Below, in pieces: positions 37,642-47,328 of a DNA stretch of 53,330 nucleotides. The notes below the pieces were generated by a model. That model did not search any database, was not told the DNA's origin, and worked only from the letters and a program-made list of their open reading frames with translations. How positions within the stretch are numbered: the stretch's first letter is position 1; every line of letters begins with the position of its first letter. A program made the translations under genes and the position numbers. Source of the stretch: a virus (Duplodnaviria > Caudoviricetes); the IMG/VR virus record IMGVR_UViG_3300042922_000577, positions 1 through 53,330 of that record; one strand, given 5' to 3'.

Positions 37642-38039
37642 CAGTCGGCATCCGAATCGGCCATGACCGAATCGTGGCGCTCGGCCCGCTCGACCTTCAG
37701 CCGCTTCGTCTCGCGGCGCTCACGGAGGCCTGCGCGGCGCTCCAGGAGAAACACGACGTACTTCGAGGTCAGGGCGAACGCCAGCGCGCCAGAGATGGCC
37801 ACGCGATACTCCTCGTCGATCTTCTGGCCGAAGACGATGCCGTAGCAGATCAGGAAGAGCAGGAGCCCCACCGAGAGGCTGTGCAGAACCGTGACCACCC
37901 CGAGCCACCCGAACTCCCTCACCTTCCACCACGGCGACGTGGTGGTGTAGGTGATGAAGAACGCCGCGGACGGGAGGAGGCAGTACAGCAGGAGCCAGTC
38001 CGAAGGGGTGTTGGCGAGGGCGAGAAATTCAGGTAGCAC
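37641..38039 (-). CDS. three-TM membrane protein (holin-like)
   Basis: Three hydrophobic segments, SPWW motif, basic C-terminus. Confidence 0.7.
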   Translation of the reverse strand: MLPEFLALANTPSDWLLLYCLLPSAAFFITYTTTSPWWKVREFGWLGVVTVLHSLSVGLLLFLICYGIVFGQKIDEEYRVAISGALAFALTSKYVVFLLERRAGLRERRETKRLKVERAERHDSVMADSDAD

Positions 38040-38259
38040 GGTTCGATCCTCGCATGATGAGTAGCATCCGGTTCGTATAGTCGTTGGCCTCGTGCAGCGT
38101 CTTGGCCGTCTTCACGAAACCACCGAAGAATCCTACGGCCTGGCGAGTGCGCTCGGCCCCGTCCTCGGCCGCGGAGACGCGCTGCTCGGCGAGGTGCTTC
38201 TCGACCTGTGCCGTCGACTCGTCGATGTCCGGCATGGGGTGTTCCCGCCACTCGGTCAC
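38029..38259 (-). CDS. small helical protein of a lysis-type cassette
   Basis: Sandwiched between two membrane-protein genes. Confidence 0.55.
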   Translation of the reverse strand: MTEWREHPMPDIDESTAQVEKHLAEQRVSAAEDGAERTRQAVGFFGGFVKTAKTLHEANDYTNRMLLIMRGSNRAT

Positions 38260-38723
38260 GATCCGGCCTCACTCTGGGCGATCTCGACTGCACGATGGAA
38301 CGAGTTGAGGGCATGGGTGTTGGCTTCGAGCACGGCACCCACCTCCAGAACAGCGTCCGTGACATCATCGGCCCGCTTCCGCTCCGTCTGGGCGGCAATG
38401 GCGTTCGCGATGTTGGACTCCTTTAGCTCACCATAGTGCTGCTTGTCAATCTCGCGCAGGGCCTCGTAGTAATCCTTCTGCTGTGCCATGGCTTTTGCGT
38501 GCTCTTCGTCGCTCTTCTTCAGCTGACGATCGAGGTCCGCCCGGAACAGGAGGCGACCGGCGGCCAGCGCGGTGAGCCAGGGGGCGCCGGAGACGCCCAA
38601 GGCTGCTCCGATTCCCAGGACGGCCTGCCACCACTGCAAGTTGAGGAGGTCGACGTACACGCCGGTACCCCCACCGACCGCGGCGAGCGCAACCGCCGAA
38701 AGAATCATCGCGGTCGGTATCAT
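38256..38723 (-). CDS. membrane protein with C-terminal coiled coil
   Basis: Hydrophobic N-terminal half; A/T-richer codon usage. Confidence 0.7.
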   Translation of the reverse strand: MIPTAMILSAVALAAVGGGTGVYVDLLNLQWWQAVLGIGAALGVSGAPWLTALAAGRLLFRADLDRQLKKSDEEHAKAMAQQKDYYEALREIDKQHYGELKESNIANAIAAQTERKRADDVTDAVLEVGAVLEANTHALNSFHRAVEIAQSEAGS

Positions 38724-38767
38724 CGACGCTCCAGTCCAGTTTCAAGGGCTGGGATGCAGCATACCCG

Positions 38768-39247
38768 TTACTTCTTGTTCACGATCTCGACGACGCGCTC
38801 GCGGAACATCGAGAGGGCCTGAATGTAGGCCATGGGGAGGGCGCGCGCCGCGGGGATGTTGCCCTCGCCGAGGTCTTGGTCGCGGAAGTAGTCCTCGTAG
38901 TTCGAGCCCCACCATCCGAACACGCCGGTGACACGCCGGGCGCGGGGCGTGCGGACCTCGTGCGAGACGGAGCCCACCATGTTGCCGGTGACATGACGGC
39001 CGGGGAATGCGGACGCGGAGAAGTCCTCGCCGCCGAGCGCCATGCTCGGATTCGTGGCCTGCTCGACGCGCCGGATACCGGTCCGGGTGACGGCCTCCTC
39101 CAGGTTGTCCTGGGTGAGCATCGCACCCCGCTCGATCGAGTCCTCCAGCGCTTCGGTGAGGTCGCTCCGGAGTTCGTCTCGGCGCGTGACGAGGAGGCGT
39201 TCGGCGTGCCGCAAGGTCTTGCCGCCGTGCCACTTCACCTTGGCCAT
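38768..39247 (-). CDS. neck/tail-completion (HK97 gp10-like) protein
   Basis: GRHVTGNMVGSV...FGWW...QDLG pattern; position. Confidence 0.7.
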   Translation of the reverse strand: MAKVKWHGGKTLRHAERLLVTRRDELRSDLTEALEDSIERGAMLTQDNLEEAVTRTGIRRVEQATNPSMALGGEDFSASAFPGRHVTGNMVGSVSHEVRTPRARRVTGVFGWWGSNYEDYFRDQDLGEGNIPAARALPMAYIQALSMFRERVVEIVNKK

Positions 39248-39717
39248 CAGGAGCCTCCGGCGACCACGACCGCCTCGAAGATGTAGTCCCAGGCCAGCGA
39301 AGAGTCCAGCACCTCGGGGAGGGCGTACGTGGGACCGACGAGCCCCGCCGCGTTGCCGCCGTCGAGCACGCGCACGGCGAGGCCGCCGCGCAGGCGCTGA
39401 CCCTCGGCGATCGACGCGCTCCGCTTCACCTGGAAGCGCACGCCGAGCAGGCCCGAGGGCTGGCCGCCGATCTCGCCGCGGGTAGCCGCGCGCATGGGCT
39501 GGATGAGCGCGCCGTTGGGGCCGGAGTCCAGCACGATGACCGGCTCGGTGTTCGTGCGAACGTCCGTGAAAGCATTGGCGGCGCCCGCGGCTCCGCGCTT
39601 CAGGTCGACGATCTGGATGTGGCCGGTCATCCACTGCTCCAGCGCGGGGCGCATGGCGGCGGCGATGCCGGGGATGTCGACGCTCGTGGGGCTCGGCCCG
39701 CCGCTCCAGACGCCCAT
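39247..39717 (-). CDS. head-to-tail stopper/closure protein
   Basis: Position and size; TGATG coupling. Confidence 0.65.
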   Translation of the reverse strand: MGVWSGGPSPTSVDIPGIAAAMRPALEQWMTGHIQIVDLKRGAAGAANAFTDVRTNTEPVIVLDSGPNGALIQPMRAATRGEIGGQPSGLLGVRFQVKRSASIAEGQRLRGGLAVRVLDGGNAAGLVGPTYALPEVLDSSLAWDYIFEAVVVAGGS

Positions 39718-40190
39718 CAGAGCATCCGCAGGGGCAGGGTGGGGTCCGTGTCCACCCCGCGCCACTGGAGCGGGTGGTCGGTCAGCAGGGCGGGCTGGCT
39801 GACGGCCGCGCCGGTGGGCGCGATGCCGATGAAGTCGGCGACCTCGCCCGCGGCGTCCGCGTCGAGCGACTTCTCGATGTCGGCAATGAGCGCTCGCAGC
39901 GCCGTGGTGATCGCCGGGCCGTCGACAGAGAGGTCTGCCGACGACCACTTCTTGTACTGCATGGCGGGCGTCATCGCGACCATGCGCAGGATGAAGATGG
40001 CCGCGCGCTGGGGGCTGTCGCCGTGGAGGCTGAGGTAGCCGCTGATCTCCGAGTCGGACATCCACACGTACTCGCCGACCGGGCCGGTGACGTTCTTCGC
40101 GTCGGTGTCGCCGGTCAGCAGCCGGACCTGGCCGACGAGCGAGGTCGTGTCGATCGGGACGGCGCCCTGGTTCGGTACGGGATTGGCCAT
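39717..40190 (-). CDS. head-to-tail adaptor
   Basis: GQVRLLTGD...SDSEI adaptor pattern, after the capsid gene. Confidence 0.8.
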   Translation of the reverse strand: MANPVPNQGAVPIDTTSLVGQVRLLTGDTDAKNVTGPVGEYVWMSDSEISGYLSLHGDSPQRAAIFILRMVAMTPAMQYKKWSSADLSVDGPAITTALRALIADIEKSLDADAAGEVADFIGIAPTGAAVSQPALLTDHPLQWRGVDTDPTLPLRML

Positions 40191-40312
40191 GGGGGCAGTA
40201 TACGGCGAGACCCCCGGGTTCCTATACAGGTCACCGGGGGTCTCTTCCCATGCGCAGATCGGAGCAGATCACCGCAGGGCTGAGCCTAGCATCCCCAGTA
40301 GACCGAGAACAG

Positions 40313-40344
40313 CAGAAGGCCCCCACCGAAGTGAGGGCCTTCCG
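40313..40344 (-). terminator. intrinsic terminator after major capsid gene
   Basis: GGAAGGCCCTCAC-TTCG-GTGGGGGCCTTCT on the minus strand. Confidence 0.75.
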
Positions 40345-40358
40345 TGCTGGGGTGCTGG

Positions 40359-41510
40359 TTAGGAACCGGCGCCCGTGGTGAAGCCGATCGCCGTGTTCCA
40401 CAGCGCCGAGGCGCCGGTGACGTGGCGGACCTTCGAGACCACGGAGTCCGAGTCGAAGTCGCCCTCGGCCTCGGGGTTGATCTCGCCGCCGCCGTTGGCC
40501 GACTTGGCGTTCGAGTCCTTGATCCAGAAGGACGGCTCCGGGTAGCCCTGGAGGCGGTTCCGGGTCAGGACCGGCAGGTCGTCGCCACCGGCGACGGGGA
40601 CGATGATCGCACCCTTGCCCATGTTCGGGTAGAGCGTCCGCAGCCACTTCCAGCCGATGACCTCGACCTCGGCGCCGTAGTCGACCGTCTCCTCCCAGGA
40701 GTAGCCCGTCTGCGCGCCCGGGTTGCGGACGATGCGACGGCCCTGGATACCCTGGCGCACCAGCGGCGCGTTCGGGATCGAGGTGAGGATGACGAACTTG
40801 GTGTAGTCGACATCCTGGCCCTCGACCTGCACGCCCTGAAGCTGCGCGATGGCAGTGGCGAGTTCCACCGGGTCCATGAGGTCCGGGTTGCCCGTCAGCG
40901 CCGTCGCGCCGTTCAGGCCGCCGCCGGTGCCCGTCCGGAAGCCCGAGGCGTTCACGAGCAGGCTCGCGACCTCGATCTCGTTCTGGTTGGCGGCGTGGCG
41001 GCCGAACATCGCGATGGCCTCGCGGAGGTGGTTGACGTTGGTGCCGCGGGAGTTGACGATCGTCTCCCAGTCGATACCGAACGCCTCGCCGGTCTTGGAG
41101 ACCCGACCCTTCTTGCCGGAGGCCTGGAGGCCGATCTGGGGGTACGACTCACGGCGACCGACGCGGGGCAGACCGCCGGGGACGAACTGCTTGCCCTCGT
41201 GGGAGCCCGGGATGTTGTCCTGGTTGAACCCGTAGAGGTTGTACTCCTCGTCCCGGTCGATGCCCGTGAGTTCCCACTCGGTGGTGAAGCGCTCGGCCAC
41301 CTGCGGGATTTCGCGGTAGTACGCCCGCAGGGTGCGGACGATGGCGGGCTGAAGCTGCGTCGGCAGATCACCGTAGGCGATCGACTCGGCGAACTTGATC
41401 TGGGCCTGCTCGCGCTGGCGGCGCGTGGGGAGCGGACCGTCCTTGACGGCGGCCTTTCCCTCGGCGGTCCGCCAGAGCTTGAACGCTTCCAGCTGGCGTG
41501 CGGTAGGCAT
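40359..41510 (-). CDS. major capsid protein
   Basis: 383 aa after scaffold and decoration genes; KTGEAFGIDWETIVN...GDFDSD.V..KVRH motifs; AGGAG RBS. Confidence 0.85.
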   Translation of the reverse strand: MPTARQLEAFKLWRTAEGKAAVKDGPLPTRRQREQAQIKFAESIAYGDLPTQLQPAIVRTLRAYYREIPQVAERFTTEWELTGIDRDEEYNLYGFNQDNIPGSHEGKQFVPGGLPRVGRRESYPQIGLQASGKKGRVSKTGEAFGIDWETIVNSRGTNVNHLREAIAMFGRHAANQNEIEVASLLVNASGFRTGTGGGLNGATALTGNPDLMDPVELATAIAQLQGVQVEGQDVDYTKFVILTSIPNAPLVRQGIQGRRIVRNPGAQTGYSWEETVDYGAEVEVIGWKWLRTLYPNMGKGAIIVPVAGGDDLPVLTRNRLQGYPEPSFWIKDSNAKSANGGGEINPEAEGDFDSDSVVSKVRHVTGASALWNTAIGFTTGAGS

Positions 41511-41527
41511 GTCGTTGATCTCCTGTC

Positions 41528-41932
41528 TTACGCCGAAGCGACGCTGATCTTGTCGGGGACGAGCTGGACCCAGATGTCGGTCCCGGCGACCGGCTTGGCC
41601 TCGGTGAGGTAGCCGATCGGGAAGTTGCCGGTCGCGGTGAGCGTGACCGCACCCGCGGCGGTGATGTACACCGTGGCGCCGTCCGTCGCGGTACCGGCGG
41701 TGCCGGAGATGCGGACGTGCGCGGCGGTGTCGACCTGGGCGTAGTAGTTCCCGTCCTCACGCAGACGCGGGGTGTCGACGATGACGCCGATCTTCGCGCC
41801 GACGCGGGCGATCTGGTTGATGGCGGCGGCTGCGGAGCCTCCGGGGAGACCGGCCTCGGACGAGCCGAGGTTCACCGTCTTCACCCAGATGGATGCCCAG
41901 TTCGCGCTGTCGTTGACGACCTTGGCGGCCAT
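41528..41932 (-). CDS. capsid decoration/cement protein
   Basis: G.TVYIT..G.VT...GN..IG pattern; between scaffold and MCP genes. Confidence 0.7.
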   Translation of the reverse strand: MAAKVVNDSANWASIWVKTVNLGSSEAGLPGGSAAAAINQIARVGAKIGVIVDTPRLREDGNYYAQVDTAAHVRISGTAGTATDGATVYITAAGAVTLTATGNFPIGYLTEAKPVAGTDIWVQLVPDKISVASA

Positions 41933-41935
41933 GTC

Positions 41936-43078
41936 TTACACCTCCACCATCTCGTCGAAGGCCTCGTCGACCTTGGACTGGTCCAGTTCCCCCTCGGTGC
42001 CCTTCAGGGGCGTGCCGGTGAGGTCGTTCTCGGTGAAGCCGAAGTCGAGGACCGACTCCCGCTTGGCCGGGGCGGCGGATGCGGACAGTTCCTTGCGGAT
42101 CGCGTCCTCGTGCGCCTTCTCCGACTCGATCGCCTCGGCCACGGGGACTCCGCGGTCGACGCGCTCGTACACGGCCTTCCGGCCCGCCTCGGTCAGCCCC
42201 GCCGTGACGACGGCCTCGGCGATGTCGCCGAGAGAGGGCTGCTCGGGAGCGGGGGCGGCCTGGGACTCGACGTACGCCTTGACCGCGGCCGTGGCCGCGT
42301 TCTCCGCGATGGTCTGTGCCTCTTCGGCTTCCATCTGCTTCTCCTTCTGGGTGTTCCGCGACGGGGCCGTCTCGGAAGTCTCGCCGAGCACCTTGCGGGC
42401 CTCGGTCTTCTCGCGCGGGTCGCCTGCGACGCCGATGGCGAACGTGGCCGCCTCGCGGATGGTCATGTGCTCGATCAGGGCCTTCGCGCTCTCGGTGGCC
42501 ACCTTGACGATGGCCCCGTCCGCGCCGGGAGCCTCCACGAAGTCGACCGCGTTGTACGGCGACTCGCTCATGGGCAAGAACCGCTTCACGATCTGGGCGC
42601 CGCGCTCGCTGCGCTTCGGGACCATGACCGGCTCGTCGTTCTCGTCGGTCACCACGTCGCCGTCAGCGTCGAGCTTGGCCACCATCTCGATCTCGGCACC
42701 GGCGGAGATGGAGGTGCCGATCACGTCGGCGAACTGCCGGATGAAGTCGCTGGGCTCGCCCTCACGCACGAGTGCGTCGGCGTACATGCCGTCCGCCTCG
42801 GCCTTCGGGAGGCTCGTGGTCTTGGCCATGATCCGGCGGACATCGCCACCGGCCTCGCAGAAGCCGTCGTGGTTGGCGCGCATGCGGGTGCCGACCGGGA
42901 AGGTGTCCGCGAAGTCGCGCTCGATGACGCTCACGGGGTAGTCCGCGCTGGAGCCCTCGACGACCTTGGAGCCCGGCTCCCAGCCCATCAGGCGAACGCG
43001 AATCTTCTGACCCTTGCCCTCCGGCACGACGGCGCGCGTGCCCTGTCGGTAGCCCGACTCCTTCACGCTGATCGTCAT
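41936..43078 (-). CDS. capsid maturation protease/scaffold
   Basis: GSSADY...NH...IGTSI...VDFVEAPGADG, followed by an acidic helical C-terminus. Confidence 0.75.
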   Translation of the reverse strand: MTISVKESGYRQGTRAVVPEGKGQKIRVRLMGWEPGSKVVEGSSADYPVSVIERDFADTFPVGTRMRANHDGFCEAGGDVRRIMAKTTSLPKAEADGMYADALVREGEPSDFIRQFADVIGTSISAGAEIEMVAKLDADGDVVTDENDEPVMVPKRSERGAQIVKRFLPMSESPYNAVDFVEAPGADGAIVKVATESAKALIEHMTIREAATFAIGVAGDPREKTEARKVLGETSETAPSRNTQKEKQMEAEEAQTIAENAATAAVKAYVESQAAPAPEQPSLGDIAEAVVTAGLTEAGRKAVYERVDRGVPVAEAIESEKAHEDAIRKELSASAAPAKRESVLDFGFTENDLTGTPLKGTEGELDQSKVDEAFDEMVEV

Positions 43079-43131
43079 AGCTCTGGAGCGTACACGATCG
43101 AACGTCTGTTCATGCACCGAGCGGCATGAAC

Positions 43132-44709
43132 TTACTGATCGCGCGTGTCGTTCCCGGAGTCGCCGGTGCCGTCGCCGTCACCCTGGCCGGTCCCCGAGGT
43201 CGAGCCCGACTTCCCGAGGGTGCCCTGCTCCGAGGAGCCCTTGCGGCGCGAGAACGGCTGCCAGCCGTCCGGCACGGCGCCGGGGTCGGAGATGTCGAGC
43301 ACGCGCGAGACACCCTGCTGGATGACCTCGGGGCCGAAGACCTCGGTCTGGTCGGCGAGCGTCCAGCCCTGCATGACGCGGGCGATCGTGTCGTCGTTGT
43401 GGTCGCGCCAGGTGACGACGAGCTTCTTCTCCATGCCCATCCAGCGGAAGAACCGGACGTAGAAGTCGTTCCACTCGCCGCGCCGTACGGCCGCCGTCGC
43501 CGCCGCGATGGGGTCGACCATGATGGCCGCGTTGCTCCCCCTCTCGGCGGGCTTGGACAGGAGCGCGTGCACGCTCATGCCGAGGCCCGCGGCCATGGCG
43601 TTCGCGAGACCGTCGCCGCTCTCGAAGTCGTAGCCCTTGCCCGCGGTCGCGAGCGGGGTGAACGAGTTCCCCTCGCCCTCCAGGAAGGTCGAGCCCGCCT
43701 GGCCGGGCTTGGAGACCTCGGCGGCCTTGTCCTTCGTCTTCTTGCCGCCGAGGGTGAGCTTGAACGCCAGCCGCGCGAGCGAGCGCGACATGACGTAGCC
43801 GTTGACCAGGAACTCCTTGTAGAGCCGCGACCAGGCGATGATGGCCAGCCCGTCCGGCACGCCGAGCGGCCACCCGATCTGCCGGTTGAACCCGTGGTCG
43901 AGGAGCGTGTAGTCGACTTCGGCTGCCTCGTTCTTCCCCTCGAACTTGATGAAGTCGCGGCGCTCCTCGCGGGGGAAGATGTCGGTGTAGTACCACCGGG
44001 TGCGGACGCTCGCGTCGACCGCCGTGGCGCCCGTGACGCCGGGCAGGGTCGTGCTCTGGGGCTTCGGGTTCCAGGTGCGACGGTAGGCCCAGATTTCCTC
44101 GGAGTTGTTCGGGTTCCGGAGGTAGCCGGTGATCTCGTGAATCTGAACCCGCTGGTAGCGCTTGTCGCCGTCGCGGCCGATGAAGAGGATGTTGCCGTCC
44201 GTGAAGGCCGCGCGGTTCAGTTCGCCCCGGGCGGTGGCGCCGAAGAGGTAGCGGACGCCCCAGGGCTCCTCCATCATGGTCTGGATGCGCGCGGGGATCG
44301 GCTTCGACTCCTGCTTGCCGGTGCGGTTCCGGGAGCCGAACTCGACCCCGGCGCCGAGGATGTGGCCATTCAGCACGCGCGCGCCGTTCTCGACGAACGG
44401 GTTCCCGGCGACGAGTTCGCGCAGCTGCTCACTGGCCTCCTTGACCTGCCGGAGGGTGAGGCCGGTGATGTCGTCGTACTCCCAGATCGGCGTCCAGCCC
44501 TTGGCGTCGAGCATCATGTCGATGCTGCCCAGGGCCTCGGCCATCGACGTGCGCGTGCCGTCCGCGTTGTCGATCATCAGGTTCTCGTGGCGCATGTTCA
44601 CGTTGTCCAGGAACTCGTGGACGGCTTCGAGTTCCGTCTCCATCGCGCGACTCCGCGGCGTCTGGAGCACGCGGTCGATGATGTTGCGCTTCGGGAGGGA
44701 GTCGGTCAT
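43132..44709 (-). CDS. portal protein
   Basis: 525 aa between terminase and scaffold; DGN.F and G.PD motifs. Confidence 0.8.
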   Translation of the reverse strand: MTDSLPKRNIIDRVLQTPRSRAMETELEAVHEFLDNVNMRHENLMIDNADGTRTSMAEALGSIDMMLDAKGWTPIWEYDDITGLTLRQVKEASEQLRELVAGNPFVENGARVLNGHILGAGVEFGSRNRTGKQESKPIPARIQTMMEEPWGVRYLFGATARGELNRAAFTDGNILFIGRDGDKRYQRVQIHEITGYLRNPNNSEEIWAYRRTWNPKPQSTTLPGVTGATAVDASVRTRWYYTDIFPREERRDFIKFEGKNEAAEVDYTLLDHGFNRQIGWPLGVPDGLAIIAWSRLYKEFLVNGYVMSRSLARLAFKLTLGGKKTKDKAAEVSKPGQAGSTFLEGEGNSFTPLATAGKGYDFESGDGLANAMAAGLGMSVHALLSKPAERGSNAAIMVDPIAAATAAVRRGEWNDFYVRFFRWMGMEKKLVVTWRDHNDDTIARVMQGWTLADQTEVFGPEVIQQGVSRVLDISDPGAVPDGWQPFSRRKGSSEQGTLGKSGSTSGTGQGDGDGTGDSGNDTRDQ

Positions 44710-44767
44710 GCGCTGATCCTACTGGACGATTTTCGCGAATCCTGCGCAATTTTCGCCCGAGATCGGC

Positions 44768-46396
44768 TCAAATGGGCATCCCCAGCACCTCGTCCATGTC
44801 CAGGAAGTCGTACGGGTCCACGTCTACGAGGTCGCCGTCGTTCAGTTCGGAGATGGGGTCTTCGACCAGATCGCGGGCCTTCAGCGAGTACGAGAAGATC
44901 GCGGCTTCGAGGTCGTCCGGGCTGTGGATGCCACGCTTGCGCATGTCCTTCTTGGACTCGATCTGGATGGCACCCTTCGAGTCGAAGAAGTACCGAATCG
45001 ACATCAGCTGGTCCTTCAGCGCGGCACCGACCTCGTTGCCGTTCTCGTCGATCTCGTCGAAGTCCAGGTCGATCAGGCCGTCCAGCATGCCCTGGCGGAA
45101 GGTGTCGTACCAGTAGGCCTTGGCATCGTGCCACCGGCCCGCGTTGGGGCTCTTCTCGGACGCCGCAGCGCCGATCACGGTGTAGTGCCGCTCACCGAGC
45201 GCGACGAGTTCGCCGTAGGGGCCGGAGCCGACGCCCAGGCGGTCGATGACGACGATCTCGGCGCCCCGGTTGCCCGCCTCGGTGTGGATGCGGTTCTTCG
45301 TCTCCACCGCGGTCTTGTGGTTCCACGAGGCGATGTGCCGGATGCGCCCCTCCTGGTTCCCGTAGAGCTTGTTCATGTCGACGCCCATGTCGGCGATGTC
45401 GGCGCCCAGCACGGTCTCGGCCCGCGGGCTGGGGGTGATGGTGGTGTTCTCGGCCGCGTAGAGTGCCAGCTGGCTGAAGAACGCGAGGTCGTCGGCGTCG
45501 GGGAACTCGCCCATGGCCTTCGACTTGAACCACGCCGAATCCTCGCCCCACGCGCGCCGCTTCTGCTCGACCCAGGCGCGGTCGATCATGCCGGACTCCA
45601 GCATCTGGCGCTGCATCTCGGGGTCGTCGGGGTAGACGATCTCGCCGGTGAACGTCGGCAGGTCCTCGGCCGAGATCGTGGTCGTGGCCCAGTCGGGCTT
45701 GACCCGCTTGTCCTCGAAAATCTTCTGGAAGTAGGTGCCGATGCGGTCGGGGTTCCCGATGACGGCGATCTTGTTGTCACCGGCGCCGGTCGTCACGGCC
45801 TCGGCGGCGATGTACAGGTCGTCGTGGACGGCGCCACCCTCGTCGATGAAGACCCACGTCTTCACGTCGCTGTCGGCGATGGCGCGGATACCCTGGAAGG
45901 TACCCACGATGTCTTGCTTCGGAGGCGTGCGGCCGATGGCGAGGGTCTTGGCCTTCAGTTCGCCGGGCTCGCGCAGGTTCCACTCGTTGTTGCCGGTGAG
46001 GTAGCCGGGCACGATCGCGCCCCGCTGCTTGGCACGCTGGATGTCCTTCTGGATGTAGCCGAAGAGACCGTTTTTCAGCTGGAGCGCCGAGGGACTGGAG
46101 GCGATCACGAGGAGTTCACCGGGCTCGTGCGTGACCATGCCCCAGGTGATGAGTTCGCCGTACTGGCGCGTCTTGCCGGTACCGTTGGCGCTCTTCGTGG
46201 CCGTGCGGCGGCACGTCAGGAAGTCGTGAGCGATCTCGCGCTGCTTGCGGTGCCAGCGGTAGCCGAGCACGTCCCACAGCCACGCCTCGGGGTCTTCGCG
46301 GTAGATGGCCGACTTCGACTTCGAGCGCCAGTGGGCCAGGAGTTCGTTCTCCAGGCCGGACAGGTATGCCGCGACCTCGGCCCGGTTCTCAGTCAC
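44768..46396 (-). CDS. terL: terminase large subunit
   Basis: Walker A SANGTGKT, Walker B VFIDE, GNP, nuclease GADIA and SPDDLEA. Confidence 0.92.
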   Translation of the reverse strand: MTENRAEVAAYLSGLENELLAHWRSKSKSAIYREDPEAWLWDVLGYRWHRKQREIAHDFLTCRRTATKSANGTGKTRQYGELITWGMVTHEPGELLVIASSPSALQLKNGLFGYIQKDIQRAKQRGAIVPGYLTGNNEWNLREPGELKAKTLAIGRTPPKQDIVGTFQGIRAIADSDVKTWVFIDEGGAVHDDLYIAAEAVTTGAGDNKIAVIGNPDRIGTYFQKIFEDKRVKPDWATTTISAEDLPTFTGEIVYPDDPEMQRQMLESGMIDRAWVEQKRRAWGEDSAWFKSKAMGEFPDADDLAFFSQLALYAAENTTITPSPRAETVLGADIADMGVDMNKLYGNQEGRIRHIASWNHKTAVETKNRIHTEAGNRGAEIVVIDRLGVGSGPYGELVALGERHYTVIGAAASEKSPNAGRWHDAKAYWYDTFRQGMLDGLIDLDFDEIDENGNEVGAALKDQLMSIRYFFDSKGAIQIESKKDMRKRGIHSPDDLEAAIFSYSLKARDLVEDPISELNDGDLVDVDPYDFLDMDEVLGMPI

Positions 46397-47177
46397 TTCG
46401 GCGCACCCGCTTCTCTCGCTCGTCCACGTTCTCCTGGAGGTGCTGGAAGCCCAGCGGCATGACCTCCCCGAGGAGCGCCATCATAGCCGGACGGGTGCCG
46501 GTGAACGTGATGCCGGAGAACTCGTCGGCATTGGCCTCTTCGAGCCGCGCGACGAAGCGCTCGAACATGATCGTGATGGCCTGGAGCATGATGTGGGCGT
46601 GGGCCTCGCGGATCGACTGGCGGGAATCGGCCAAGTCGTCCTGCATGCTCTCGATGGTCGAGCGCCACTCCTTCAGGAGCCGGACCATCGCGCTCGCCCA
46701 CGCGGGGGAGAGTTCCTTCGCCGTGATCTCCCCATCCGCGCCGACGTGGATGCCGTCGCTCTCCAGTTCGTCGAAGATGATGTCGCGCAGGCGCACGAGG
46801 TCGCGCAGGAGGAGCGACTTCTGCTCGACGGCATCGAGCGTGTAGGCGGCCAGGAGGGTCCGCACGCGCGTGCCGATCGCCGCGGGACTCGTGCCGTCCG
46901 GGCATCCCAGGTCGTCGTACATCTGCTCGAAGCTCATGCGCTTCGAGGCCATGTCGAGGAGCCGGTCGTCGTAGATCGAGAGGGCCTGGAGGTCGACGCC
47001 GATGCCCTCGGACGCGGGCCGGAAGTTCATGCCGGGCTTGATGTCGGAGGCGTTGATCACGAGCGCCTTGCCGCGCGCCGCAGCGCGAAGCTCGGCGGCC
47101 TCGTCCACGTCGGCGAAGTCGGGGTCCGGCTCGCCGTGGTCCCGCTCGTAGTCGGTGCGCTCAGGACCCCGTGACAT
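46389..47177 (-). CDS. probable terminase small subunit
   Basis: Overlaps the terL start; HTH-like and helical. Confidence 0.55.
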   Translation of the reverse strand: MSRGPERTDYERDHGEPDPDFADVDEAAELRAAARGKALVINASDIKPGMNFRPASEGIGVDLQALSIYDDRLLDMASKRMSFEQMYDDLGCPDGTSPAAIGTRVRTLLAAYTLDAVEQKSLLLRDLVRLRDIIFDELESDGIHVGADGEITAKELSPAWASAMVRLLKEWRSTIESMQDDLADSRQSIREAHAHIMLQAITIMFERFVARLEEANADEFSGITFTGTRPAMMALLGEVMPLGFQHLQENVDEREKRVRRSD

Positions 47178-47307
47178 CGTGCACCTTGATTTCCACCAGG
47201 AACTGCTGATCGTGCGTCCGCGCGGTGAATGTGCCGTCGTCATTGCGTTCGAGGTCGGCACGCTCGGCGATGATGCGGAGGATGTCTTCTGCTGTCGGGT
47301 AAGGCAT
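47161..47307 (-). CDS. small hypothetical protein (48 aa, MPYPTAEDIL...)
   Basis: Translated by hand; TAGGAT 6 nt upstream of the ATG. Confidence 0.55.
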   Translation of the reverse strand: MPYPTAEDILRIIAERADLERNDDGTFTARTHDQQFLVEIKVHDVTGS

Positions 47308-47328
47308 GGCGTGATCCTACAGCTTCGG

